Both the position numbers and the translations under genes were made by a program. A stretch of 64,000 nucleotides of DNA from an uncultured Gemmataceae bacterium (GTDB lineage: Bacteria > Planctomycetota > Planctomycetia > Gemmatales > Gemmataceae), in contig CAVVPN010000003.1 of NCBI GenBank assembly GCA_963750165.1, forward strand, positions 3,136,001 to 3,200,000, read 5' to 3'. Under the pieces are notes generated by a model that was not told where the DNA came from, did no database searches, and saw nothing but the letters and a program-made list of their open reading frames with translations. Below, piece by piece: positions 27,086 through 36,423 of the stretch (position 1 is its first letter; every line of letters begins with the position of its first letter).

Positions 27086-28978
27086 CTACTCTTTTCGAGC
27101 CGGGGCGGGCGCCGGCGGCGGCGGGGCTGGCACCGGACTGGCGCCGACGCCCGGGCGAGCGTCCAGGCCGCGCAACTTGTTGGTGAGGTCCTTGACGACG
27201 TTGGCCCGCTTCAGGAACAGCAGCGCAAAACAGGTGTCCGGGATGCCGGGGAAGCGATCCGTCCAGGAGCCGTTCTTCTGCTGGTTCTTCAGGATCAACT
27301 CGCTGCCCCAGGCGAACCAGTCCTTGTCGCCGATCTTCTTCAGGTCGTAGACCACCGCCACGCGCTCCACCGACCACAGGAAGTACAGGTCGCCCCAGGA
27401 GTCCGCGGCGAAATAGGTGCCCTTGAGCAGTTCCGGCCGGTCCAGCTTGCCCAGCTCCTGAACCACCGACCTCCGCTCGTCATCATCCTTGGCGTTGAGA
27501 TACTCCTTGATGAGTTCCAGCATCTTCGCCGCGTCCCGGTGCCGCTCTTCCTTTTTCTCCGGTTTGATGAGATAGGTGTGGCCGACCGCCTGCGTCAGGT
27601 ACTCCATGCCATGCGCGATGTTCGGGTCGTCCTTCAGGATGTTCCGGGCTTTCTGGTTCTTGTCCTTGCCCAGGGCCGGTTTGAGGTCGCCCTTGACAGC
27701 CTCGCTGACCGCCAGCGCGATCATGCCGGCGCAGGTGGTGGCGTCCTTCAGGCTCGGGGACCGCTCCGTGTAGCCCCAGCTGCCGTCCTTGTTCTGGATG
27801 TTGCGATAGCGCTGGCCGACACGCAGCAGGGCGTCGTCGGTTTTGATCTTGTGCCGCCGCGCCGTCCACAGCGCCAGGGTCATGAACTGGTTGATGGAAC
27901 TGTCCTCGCGGTTGTTGCCCTCGCCGGGTTCCGTGGGCGTGAAGGGGTCGCCGCGCTGGAACGCCTCCATCAAGGCCCTCTCGTTTTTGGGCGGCGGACA
28001 GTAATAGCCCCAGCCGCCCTTGACGTGCTGGTTCGCCAGGATGCGCGTGGTCAAACGGTGAATGACGGTCTCGTCCTCTTTCTGCAACTTTTCCAGTGGC
28101 GCCCGCTGTTCCTCCAACCGCTTGATGGCCTCCTGATTCTTGCCCGCCACCTTGTTCAGGCTTTCCAGTTGAGCCCGGATGTCGTCCAGTTTTTCCTTGC
28201 GCGACTGGTGCAGGCGGTCGAGGAACAGGATCGACAACGACAACGAGTAGGAGAAACTCAGGTTATCGGCGCTCGCGTGGACCGCGCGGTAAGCCACCTG
28301 GACGGCGGGATGGGTCGGTTCGACTTCACACTCCAGCAGCGTCAGCCCGGCCAGCGCCGAGGCGCCGACGTCGGAGGCTCGGGTCGGATAGTAGTAGAAC
28401 TTGTCCGCGGGCCGCTTGTCGTCCGCCAGCAGCTTGGCCTTCAGGTAGTCCACGCCCTTCGCGATGGCATTCTGAATCTCGATCTCACGCTTGGTCAACT
28501 TGGTCTGTGGGATGATCTTATCGCCGCCTTTGCCGCCGCTGCCGCCGGTGTTCTCGGTCTGCTTGTTCTCCGGCGACTTCGTGTCGCTGGACTTGTTGAA
28601 GAGGCCGCCGAAGTAGGCCGCCAGGACACCGCCGGCCGCCAGCAGCAGGACCAGGCCCACGACCACCAGGGTGAGCGCCAGGCCATTGCCCTTTTTCGGC
28701 TTGTAGCCACGCCGCGAACGGTTGCGCGGCGTCAGCATCGGTTCCGGGGCGGAGGGGGCGGAGCGGACGGCGGTGGAAGCAGGCCCACGGGCCGCCGGGC
28801 CGCGGGCGCCAGGCGCGCCGGCACGAACCGGAGCGGCGGGCGGCGCCGCCGGGGCGCCAGGCGGTGCCGCCACGGTGAACATGGTGCTGCACTTCGGGCA
28901 CTGGACCCGCACCGGCAGCGCCTGCGCGATTTGGAGCACGGTTTTGCAGGTGGGACAGGCGCACTTCATGGCGTTCAT
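27086..28978 (-). CDS. Zn-ribbon + Pro/Ala linker + TM + prenyltransferase/squalene-cyclase-like alpha/alpha repeat protein
   Basis: CPTC..CPKC; TM helix; 'AIAKGVDYLK', QW-like repeats 'QHVKGGWGY', 'QNKDGSWGY', 'QQKNGSW'; 'DTCFALLFLKRAN'. Confidence 0.8.
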   Translation of the reverse strand: MNAMKCACPTCKTVLQIAQALPVRVQCPKCSTMFTVAAPPGAPAAPPAAPVRAGAPGARGPAARGPASTAVRSAPSAPEPMLTPRNRSRRGYKPKKGNGLALTLVVVGLVLLLAAGGVLAAYFGGLFNKSSDTKSPENKQTENTGGSGGKGGDKIIPQTKLTKREIEIQNAIAKGVDYLKAKLLADDKRPADKFYYYPTRASDVGASALAGLTLLECEVEPTHPAVQVAYRAVHASADNLSFSYSLSLSILFLDRLHQSRKEKLDDIRAQLESLNKVAGKNQEAIKRLEEQRAPLEKLQKEDETVIHRLTTRILANQHVKGGWGYYCPPPKNERALMEAFQRGDPFTPTEPGEGNNREDSSINQFMTLALWTARRHKIKTDDALLRVGQRYRNIQNKDGSWGYTERSPSLKDATTCAGMIALAVSEAVKGDLKPALGKDKNQKARNILKDDPNIAHGMEYLTQAVGHTYLIKPEKKEERHRDAAKMLELIKEYLNAKDDDERRSVVQELGKLDRPELLKGTYFAADSWGDLYFLWSVERVAVVYDLKKIGDKDWFAWGSELILKNQQKNGSWTDRFPGIPDTCFALLFLKRANVVKDLTNKLRGLDARPGVGASPVPAPPPPAPAPARKE

Positions 28979-29220
28979 TTCACGTCGCCTTTTGCCTGGA
29001 TGATGCCGCGGAGATCGGGGACTTGAATGAGTATACCGGGTCGGCGCCGCCGCTGCCAAGAGAAAGCCGCGAATGACCAGGAGACGGACTCATCTCACAC
29101 CCACCTCTGTCTGCCCCCAGGGGCCGCGCAGACTCCCCGTCCGCAGCCCCAACCCCGGCTCCGCCCAGAGAACTTTCCACCAGGCGCGGAGCAAGAAGCG
29201 CACGGCCCTGGCGCTCCCGC

Positions 29221-29249
29221 TTGCAAACCCCCGGTCCCGCAGCTAAAAT
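29221..29249 (+). promoter_or_regulatory. sigma70 promoter of the YccA-family gene
   Basis: TTGCAA-17 nt-TAAAAT. Confidence 0.6.
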
Positions 29250-29290
29250 AAGGCGGTGGAGAAATGATGAAAAAAGCCAAGGAGATCGCC

Positions 29291-29992
29291 ATGAATTATG
29301 AGATGCGTTACAACATCGCCGCCGCCGCGAGCCAGGGCGAACGCGCCACGTTCATCCGCCGCACCTACGCCCACCTGGCCGGCGCCATTCTGGCGTTCGC
29401 CGGCATCGAGGCGGCCCTGCTGCAGCTGCCCGGTATCGAAAACGTCGTCCGCGGCATGACCAGCGGTTACATGTGGCTGGTCGTCATGCTCGCCTTTATG
29501 GGCGTCGGCTACCTGGCGGAGTACTGGGCGCAGAGCAACACCTCGCGCGAACTGCAATACGCCGGCCTGGCCCTGTACACCGTGGCCGAGGCGGTCATCT
29601 TCCTGCCGCTGATGTACATCGCCAAGGTGTACTACCCCGACGCCATCCCGGTCGCGGGCATTCTGACGCTGGGCATTTTCGGCGGCCTGACGGCAACCGT
29701 GTTCCTGACGCAGAAGGACTTCACCTTCCTGCGGCCGGTCCTGACCATCGGCAGCCTGCTGGCCCTGGCGCTCATCGTCGCCGGCATCCTGTTCGGCTTC
29801 AACCTGGGCCTGTTCTTCTGCTTCGCAATGGTGGCCCTGATTAGCGGCTACATCCTGTACTACACCTCGGGGCTGCTGTACCACTACCGCACCGACCAGT
29901 ACGTCGCCGCCTCGCTGGCGCTGTTCGCCTCCGTCGCGGTGCTGTTCTGGTACATCCTGCGGATCGTGATGGCCTCCTCCAGCCGTAACTGA
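29291..29992 (+). CDS. Bax inhibitor-1/YccA family membrane protein
   Basis: AAGGAG RBS; 'ERATFIRRTYAHL', 'KDFTFL', 'YVAASLALFASVAVLFWYILRI'; about 7 TM helices. Confidence 0.92.
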   Translation: MNYEMRYNIAAAASQGERATFIRRTYAHLAGAILAFAGIEAALLQLPGIENVVRGMTSGYMWLVVMLAFMGVGYLAEYWAQSNTSRELQYAGLALYTVAEAVIFLPLMYIAKVYYPDAIPVAGILTLGIFGGLTATVFLTQKDFTFLRPVLTIGSLLALALIVAGILFGFNLGLFFCFAMVALISGYILYYTSGLLYHYRTDQYVAASLALFASVAVLFWYILRIVMASSSRN

Positions 29993-30021
29993 CAACCGAT
30001 TGTTGAACTCGTGAACGTTTC

Positions 30022-30060
30022 AGGCCGGGCGATGCGAACATCGCCCGGCCTTTCGCTTTT
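30022..30060 (+). terminator. Rho-independent terminator
   Basis: AGGCCGGGCGATG-CGAA-CATCGCCCGGCCT followed by TTCGCTTTT. Confidence 0.8.
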
Positions 30061-30111
30061 CCTGATTGTCCCGGATTGTGGGGTTGAGATGCAACGCCTT
30101 CGGCATCACGT

Positions 30112-31026
30112 TCAGCCCCGCAGGGCGGCCTGGGTCTCTTTCGACGGCACGCGCACCTTCCACGCCAGGCCGCACAGGGCCAGGCCGCGGATGACCCAGT
30201 AGCTCACGTCGAGCTGCCACCAGCGCAGGCCGTGGCGGGCCGAGGTCGGGAAGGCGTGATGGTTGTTGTGCCAGCCTTCGCCCAGCGCGAGCACGCCAAA
30301 CACGAAGTTGTTCTTGCTGCGGTCGTTCGTCTGGAAGGGCTGGCCGCCCCACAGATGGCAGACGGAGTTGATGCTCCAGGTGACGTGATGCACCAGGAAC
30401 ATGCGAACCGCGCCGCCCCATAAAAAGCCCAGGAAGGCGCCCGTCCAGGTGCCCGTCAGCACGCCGCCGAGGGCGGCCGGCAGCGCCAGGCCGAGAACCA
30501 CCCAGAGCGGGAATAGACTATCGAGGACGCGGTTGGTCGGACTGCGGCGGAGGTCGCTGGCGTAGTGGGCCAGGTTCGGCGGGTCGGGCGTGAACAGCCA
30601 GCCGATGTGGGCGCTCCAGAACCCATAAACCAGGCTGAAGAAACCCTGGCCGAAGCGGTAGGGCGAGTGCCGGTCGGCGTGTGAGTCGCTGTGCTGGTGA
30701 TGGTGGCGGTGCGTGGCCACCCAGGCCAGCAGTGGCCCCTCGGCGGCCATGGAGCCGAGCACGCCCAGGACGGCCCGCACCCAGCCGTGCGTTTCAAAGG
30801 CCCGATGCGTGAACAGGCGGTGGAAGCCGACGGTGATGCCCAGGACGGTCAGGACGTACATGACCCCCGCCATCTCCAGGTCCAACCAGGTAACGCCCCA
30901 GCCCCACAGGGCCGCGATGGCAACCACCAGGCCGATAAACGGCAGCACGATGACGGAGAGGTTGGCCAGGCGCACGGCCAGGGGGATGCCCGCGGCGGGC
31001 GGAGCGGTTGTGGTCGGAACGGTCAT
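30112..31026 (-). CDS. Delta-9 acyl-CoA/acyl-lipid fatty acid desaturase
   Basis: His boxes 'GFHRLFTH', 'HRHHHQHSD', 'GEGWHNNHHAFP'; 'TWSINSVCH'. Confidence 0.95.
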   Translation of the reverse strand: MTVPTTTAPPAAGIPLAVRLANLSVIVLPFIGLVVAIAALWGWGVTWLDLEMAGVMYVLTVLGITVGFHRLFTHRAFETHGWVRAVLGVLGSMAAEGPLLAWVATHRHHHQHSDSHADRHSPYRFGQGFFSLVYGFWSAHIGWLFTPDPPNLAHYASDLRRSPTNRVLDSLFPLWVVLGLALPAALGGVLTGTWTGAFLGFLWGGAVRMFLVHHVTWSINSVCHLWGGQPFQTNDRSKNNFVFGVLALGEGWHNNHHAFPTSARHGLRWWQLDVSYWVIRGLALCGLAWKVRVPSKETQAALRG

Positions 31027-31193
31027 GAAAGCACTTTCCCCAAAGGGACTTCGATTGAGTTGAACGCGCCGGCAGGAGACTCCTGCTTGTCGGCGCGAAC
31101 ACGGAATGGGAAAAGTGGGCGGGTGTTGCAGGATGAGGCGACGGGGAGGGCAGAACAGGCACACCACGGTTGAGAAGGTTTCCCATCCGACGA

Positions 31194-31225
31194 GTGTATT
31201 ATACACCAAAAAATTAATATATCCA
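31194..31225 (-). promoter_or_regulatory. Desaturase promoter: perfect TATAAT inside a 13-bp palindrome
   Basis: Minus strand TGGATA-16 nt-TATAAT; palindrome GTGTAT-T-ATACAC at 31194-31206; AT-rich island. Confidence 0.55.
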
Positions 31226-31305
31226 GACCGCGCCGCCCGAAGGGTGGCGTCAGCCAAAGGCGAGCGGGAGCGCACGCCCCCGGCTCGCCTCCATCCGGTG
31301 CTGGT

Positions 31306-32025
31306 TCATGCCTGCAGGCGCTGGCGGGCTGGCGGTTCCTCGGCGACGGTCTCCTCCTCGCCGCGCAGCAGATAGCCCTCGCCCCAGCGCGTCAGGATCA
31401 GCGGCAGGGCATGGCCCTTGTCGATCTTGCCGCGCAGGTAGCGGATGAAGACATCCACCACGTTGGAGGTGTTGGTGCTGTCGCCGGCGTACAGGTGCTC
31501 GCAGATCATGGCGCGGCTGACGACGCGGCCGCGGTGGAACGCCAGGAACTGCAACAGTGCGTACTCCTTGCGCGTCAGCCGGATGGTTTCGCCGCAGCGC
31601 TTGACGACGCGCGTGTTGGTGTCGATCTCCAGGTCGTGGACGCGGATCACGGGGTCGTAGATGCGGTGCAGGCGCCGCACCAGGACGCGGGCGTGCGCCA
31701 CCAACTCCAGGGCGGCGACCGGTCGGGTCAGCACGGCGTCGGCGCCCGCCTCCAGGGCGCGGAGCCGGTCGCCCAGGTAATCCACGGCCGTCAGCGCCAG
31801 GATGGGCGTGCTCACCCCCTGGCCGCGCCAGTCGCGCAGCAGCTGGAGGCTGTCCACCGTGGGCAGGTGCAGGTCGAGCACCATCAGATCAAATCGCACG
31901 GCCCGCAGCAGTCCCTCCGTCACGGCCAAAGTGGGCGCGACATCGACGCTAAAGCCTTCGGCACGCAGCGTCCGCCGCAGTGACGCCGCCTCCGTCTTCT
32001 TCGATTCCACGACAAGCACACGCAC
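31306..32025 (-). CDS. OmpR/PhoB-family response regulator (orphan, atypical receiver)
   Basis: Receiver 'DLMVLDLHLP' and 'PILALTA'; winged helix 'LTRKEYALL..SNVVDVFIRYLRGKID..LILTRWGEGY'. Confidence 0.9.
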   Translation of the reverse strand: MRVLVVESKKTEAASLRRTLRAEGFSVDVAPTLAVTEGLLRAVRFDLMVLDLHLPTVDSLQLLRDWRGQGVSTPILALTAVDYLGDRLRALEAGADAVLTRPVAALELVAHARVLVRRLHRIYDPVIRVHDLEIDTNTRVVKRCGETIRLTRKEYALLQFLAFHRGRVVSRAMICEHLYAGDSTNTSNVVDVFIRYLRGKIDKGHALPLILTRWGEGYLLRGEEETVAEEPPARQRLQA

Positions 32026-32392
32026 GCGTCACCACCTTTTTGAAAGGGAGAGTTTCCTGGGTTCGGAGCCGCGTTCGATCCGTTGTCGATGCTTTGACGA
32101 TCTAGCCCCGTCTGGCTCACGCGCCAGCGTCGGATTGTGGCCACAAATCGGGGCTACCTTTCTAAAGACGCCGTTGGGCAGCAAACTTGCAACAAAGTTT
32201 TCGTGAAGATGGGAAAACGCTGGCGCGGCAGGCGCCTCATGAAAATTAATGAATACTTTCACATGTGCAGTGGTCGCGTCCCAAAGTTCCGGGGGCGCCG
32301 GTCGCGCAAACCTTGACAGCGGCGCGCGGAGGTGTTTTCATCACATACTACCTTTGGAAGCAGATAGGAAGACCGACCATACGCGGGGCATC

Positions 32393-34618
32393 ATGGACCA
32401 TCGCCGGGCTCTACCGCCCAGTGCCGAAGAACTGCACGCCTTCAGCCTGGGCAAGTGTGACCCTCAGCGGATCGGGGAGTTCGAGGACTTCCTGACGCAC
32501 GGCCCCGATTGCCGCGCGATCCTGGAGGGCGTGCCCGACGACGCGCTGCTGCGGCACCTGCGCGGCGCGGGGGAACTATCTTGGGAGGCCGTCCCCTATA
32601 CCCCCGTGCGCACGGCCCCGATGCGGGACGACCCGGACGCGGACGTCGCCAGTCTGCTCAACCACCCCCGTTACCGCATCCTCCACAAACTGGGCCAGGG
32701 CGGCATGGGCACCGTCTACCTGGCCGAACACCGCCTCATGCGGCGGCTGGTCGCCATCAAGCTGATTCGCGCCGGTTACCTGGGCAACCCGCAGCTGGTG
32801 CAGCGTTTCCGCCAGGAGGTAGAGGCGGCGGCCCGGCTGGCGCACCCGCACATCGTCACCGCCCACGACGCCGAGGAAGCCAACGGCACCCACTTCCTGG
32901 TCATGGAGTACGTCGAGGGCGAGCCGCTGGACCGGGTGCTCGCCCGTCGGGGGCCGCTGCCGGTCGCGGAAGCGTGCGCCTGCGTCCACCAGGCGGCCCT
33001 CGGCCTGGAATTCGCCCACCAGAAGGGCATGGTCCACCGCGACCTCAAGCCGCACAACCTGATGCGCACCGCGGACGGCACGGTCAAAATCCTCGACTTC
33101 GGCCTGGCCCGGCTCCTCGACGTAGCCGGGACCGAGGCACCGGACACAACCGCCGGCACCGGGCCTGCGACGGGCCAGCTCACCGCCGCCGGCGCCGTCA
33201 TGGGCACCGTCGATTACATGGCCCCCGAGCAGGCCCGCGACAGCCACGCCGCGGACAGCCGCGCCGACATCTATAGCCTCGGCTGCACCCTGTACCACCT
33301 GCTGACCGGGCAGGTGCCGTTTCCCGGCGGCACCCTCGGCGAGAAACTCCACCGCCGCGCCACCGCGCGGCCCGAACCGATCGCCTCCCGGCGCGCCGAC
33401 GTGCCGGCGGGGCTGGCGCAGGTCCTCGACCGCCTGACGGCCCCGCGGCCCGAGGACCGCTATCAAACGCCGGGCGCGGCCGCCGCGGCGCTGGCGCCGT
33501 TCGCCACGCCGCACCGCCCGCGGCGGCGCGGCCGGTGGCTCACCGCGGCGCTGGCGGCCGCCCTTCTGGTCGGCGGCATCGTCGCGGTCGCCGTCTCGCG
33601 CCCCCCGGCCGACACGGACGACGCCGGGGAACCGCCTGCGGTGCAGGCCGACGCCGGGCCGGCAAAGATCGAGGTCATCCGGCGCATCCCCGTGGCCGCG
33701 CACCGCACTTTTTTCTACGACACCGCCGTCAGCAAGGGGGGCAAGTACGCCTTGATCACCCGGGACGTCAACCCCGGCGTGATGATGGACGTTTTCAACC
33801 CGGCGACGGGCGAAAAACACTTTAGCCAGCCCGGCTACCGTGCCCGCTTCCTCGGGGACGGCGAAGAAGTCCTGGCGTTAATCGGAGATGGCTACAAGGT
33901 CTACGAATCCGCCACCGGCACGTTACTGCGCGAGACCGCGCAGCCCATCAAGAGTTGGGACTTCAAGGTCGCGCCGGGCAGCCGGCACTTGATCTCCTGG
34001 TTCAAGGACGGCTGGGACCTGTTCGACCTGACCCAGATGCGGCGGTTGCACCACTGGGACTGCCAGGCGCCGCCCTCGACAAGTACCAGCGCGCACTTCA
34101 CCGCCGACGGCAAACGTCTGCTCCTGCAACCGGACCAGGCCGGCAACTGGGTGGTCTGGGACGTGGAACACAACCGGGCCGGTGACGCCCTGGCCGGTCT
34201 GGCGGGCGTGGAACAAATTGTGTGGATGTGTCCGGACGGCTACACGGCGGTCGTGACGCGGGACGGCAAGCGCCTGTCGCTCGACCTGCGCACCGGGACG
34301 GTGGTCGAAACTTACCGCGCGAAGGCTCCGCCGAACACGCTGCGGGGCGTGGCGGAGGGCTCGCACTTCCTGAGCGGCTGGCGGTTCGCCACGCGGGTCG
34401 AGGGCGGGCAGATTCAATTGCTCGCGTATCACCTCCTGAGCAACGCCGAGGTGCGCGGCCTCTTCGCCTTTCCCGACAGCGAGCCGCCCCACACTTCCCT
34501 CCCCCCGGCCCGCTTCCGGTACGCCTTTTCCGATGACGACGCCCACGCCAGCTTGCTGACGGCGCACTCCCTCTACGTCCTGCGCCTGCCCGCCCGCCCG
34601 CCGAAAGGACCGAACTGA
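32393..34618 (+). CDS. Membrane Ser/Thr kinase with degenerate anti-sigma (zf-HC2-like) N-terminus and extracytoplasmic beta-propeller-like domain
   Basis: 'PSAEELHAFSLGK..EDFLTHGPDC'; LGQGGMG, VAIK, HRDLKPHN, DFGLAR, GTVDYMAPEQ; TM helix after RRRGRW. Confidence 0.92.
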   Translation: MDHRRALPPSAEELHAFSLGKCDPQRIGEFEDFLTHGPDCRAILEGVPDDALLRHLRGAGELSWEAVPYTPVRTAPMRDDPDADVASLLNHPRYRILHKLGQGGMGTVYLAEHRLMRRLVAIKLIRAGYLGNPQLVQRFRQEVEAAARLAHPHIVTAHDAEEANGTHFLVMEYVEGEPLDRVLARRGPLPVAEACACVHQAALGLEFAHQKGMVHRDLKPHNLMRTADGTVKILDFGLARLLDVAGTEAPDTTAGTGPATGQLTAAGAVMGTVDYMAPEQARDSHAADSRADIYSLGCTLYHLLTGQVPFPGGTLGEKLHRRATARPEPIASRRADVPAGLAQVLDRLTAPRPEDRYQTPGAAAAALAPFATPHRPRRRGRWLTAALAAALLVGGIVAVAVSRPPADTDDAGEPPAVQADAGPAKIEVIRRIPVAAHRTFFYDTAVSKGGKYALITRDVNPGVMMDVFNPATGEKHFSQPGYRARFLGDGEEVLALIGDGYKVYESATGTLLRETAQPIKSWDFKVAPGSRHLISWFKDGWDLFDLTQMRRLHHWDCQAPPSTSTSAHFTADGKRLLLQPDQAGNWVVWDVEHNRAGDALAGLAGVEQIVWMCPDGYTAVVTRDGKRLSLDLRTGTVVETYRAKAPPNTLRGVAEGSHFLSGWRFATRVEGGQIQLLAYHLLSNAEVRGLFAFPDSEPPHTSLPPARFRYAFSDDDAHASLLTAHSLYVLRLPARPPKGPN

Positions 34619-34623
34619 CGCCC

Positions 34624-35211
34624 ATGCAAGCCACGTCGCAAAGTCTGCTGGAGCGCCTGCACGACCGCGCCGACCACCAGGCGTGGCAGCGGCTGCTGGC
34701 CGTCTACGAGCCGTGGCTGCGCGGCTGGCTGAGCCGGCACGACCTGCAACCGGCTGACGTGGAGGACGTGCTGCAAGACATCCTGCTGGTGGTCAGCGAC
34801 AAGTTGCCGGGGTTCGTCCACAACGGCCAACCCGGGGCGTTCCGGTCCTGGCTGCGGACGATCCTGACGCTGCGGGTGGGCCACTTCCTGCGCGGGCAGC
34901 GCCACCGCGAAGCCGTGGTGTCTACACAGCTGCCGAGCGACTGGCTGGACCAGCTGGCCGACCCGGATAGCGCCCTGAGCCGGCAATGGGACCAGGAACA
35001 CGACCAGCAACTCGTCCGCCGCATGTTGGCGAGCATTCAGGCGGAGTTCAACGCGCGGACGTGGCAGGTGTTCCAGCTGCAGGTGCTTGAAGACCGCCCC
35101 GTCGCGGAGGTGGCGCAACGGTTGGGCATCACCGCCAACGCCGTCTACGTCGCCAAGTCGCGCGTCCTGACCCGGCTGCGCGCCGAGCTGCGCGGCCTGT
35201 TCGATGGCTGA
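34624..35211 (+). CDS. ECF RNA polymerase sigma factor (planctomycete kinase-associated type)
   Basis: 'TSQSLLERL..AWQRL', 'DVEDVLQD', 'GAFRSWLRTI', 'WDQEHD', 'VAQRLGITANAVYVAKSRVLTRLR'. Confidence 0.93.
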   Translation: MQATSQSLLERLHDRADHQAWQRLLAVYEPWLRGWLSRHDLQPADVEDVLQDILLVVSDKLPGFVHNGQPGAFRSWLRTILTLRVGHFLRGQRHREAVVSTQLPSDWLDQLADPDSALSRQWDQEHDQQLVRRMLASIQAEFNARTWQVFQLQVLEDRPVAEVAQRLGITANAVYVAKSRVLTRLRAELRGLFDG

Positions 35212-35442
35212 CCGGCGCAATTCTCCCACCAATCTTTTTCGGCGTTTCAACCTTTTTGTAAGATTCCGTCCCTTGCTGCAATTTCATCTGGGGGGACGGC
35301 AGAAAAATCTGGCCCCGTGTTCTAACTTTCATCGCTGCGGTGGCGTGGACCGCTGTCGCGCTACGTAGTGCCGACCCTGCGCCCCTTACGAACGTGCTGA
35401 GAGCCACCCCAACGGGTGTAACTTCCGCGTGGAGATAGCCGC

Positions 35443-36224
35443 ATGATACCCAGGGTTTCACGAGTCGGGTTGGTGTTTCTGGTGACGCTGGTGGCGTGTG
35501 CGCCGCGCGCGCGGGGTTCATCGTGGACCCACTGGGAATGGGAAGAACCATCTGGGCGGAGAATAGCGGCGATACGGGCAGTTCCCTGGCGACCGCCCAG
35601 GTCACGACCGGCAACTCAACCCTCGACCTGATCGCAGGCACCCTCGCCAACTCGCCCAACATCGACATGTACGCAATCCAGATCACCGATCCGGCTGCGT
35701 TCTCGGCGACGACCTATTCCGTCAATGGCAACGCGGACTACTTGTTGAACGGCGCCACGCACGCTGTGCAGAACACCATGCTGTTCCTGTTTGACAGCAG
35801 CGGCCGCGGCCTGGTGGCCAACAACGACATGAACAGCGGCAGCACCCTGTCGGCGCTCCCGGCGGGGTCCATCGCCGGTTTGACGCCCGGCATTTATTAC
35901 CTCGCGGTCTCCGGATACGCAACGGAGCCTTACTACGGAAACCCGAATGCCGTCCGCGTGTTCGACTTCAACTCCACCAATGCGACGGACGTGCTTGGGC
36001 CGCACAGCCCGAACCGGTCCCTGGCCTTCTGGGAGACGAATCCAGACCCCGGCGACACGGGCGGCTACGCGATCACCCTGACCGGGGCCGCGACCGTGGA
36101 TTACGTGCCGACCAGCAATCCCGCGCCCGAGCCGGCCAGCCTGCTACTGTGCGTCACGGGGGGCCTGGGGCTTGCGGCCACCCGCTGGCGGCGCTGGCGC
36201 CGGCACCGGCGGTTGGCCGACTGA
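35443..36224 (+). CDS. PEP-CTERM sorting-domain protein (DVUA0089-like), about 260 aa; frameshift at ~35503
   Basis: GGAG RBS and signal peptide MIPRVSRVGLVFLVTLVACA join ARAGFIVD after adding one C; 'NTMLFLFDSSGRGLVANND'; C-terminal APEPASLLL-TM-RRWRR. Confidence 0.85.
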
Positions 36225-36261
36225 AACGCGGAACGACCAGTAAGCGCGACCAGGGAAATCA

Positions 36262-36305
36262 CCGGGGCCGCGGTTCGATCCATCTGGATCGGGTCGCGGC
36301 CCCGG
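36262..36305. terminator. Long GC hairpin downstream of the PEP-CTERM gene
   Basis: CCGGGGCCGCGGTTCGATCCA-TC-TGGATCGGGTCGCGGCCCCGG (with G-U pairs). Confidence 0.5.
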
Positions 36306-36423
36306 CGTTATGATGCAGGCAGGTGGTCCGTACCCTGTTCGTGATTGGTACGAGGCCGTAAAGGTAATCGGCGTGGCCTGCATTCGGTTCAGTAACCAGA
36401 CGAACGACGGAAGGAGCCAGCCT

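Noticed and set aside
36262..36305. GGTTCGATCC resembling a tRNA T-arm
   Set aside because: It lies within a simple long hairpin; no cloverleaf, D-arm or anticodon arm can be built.
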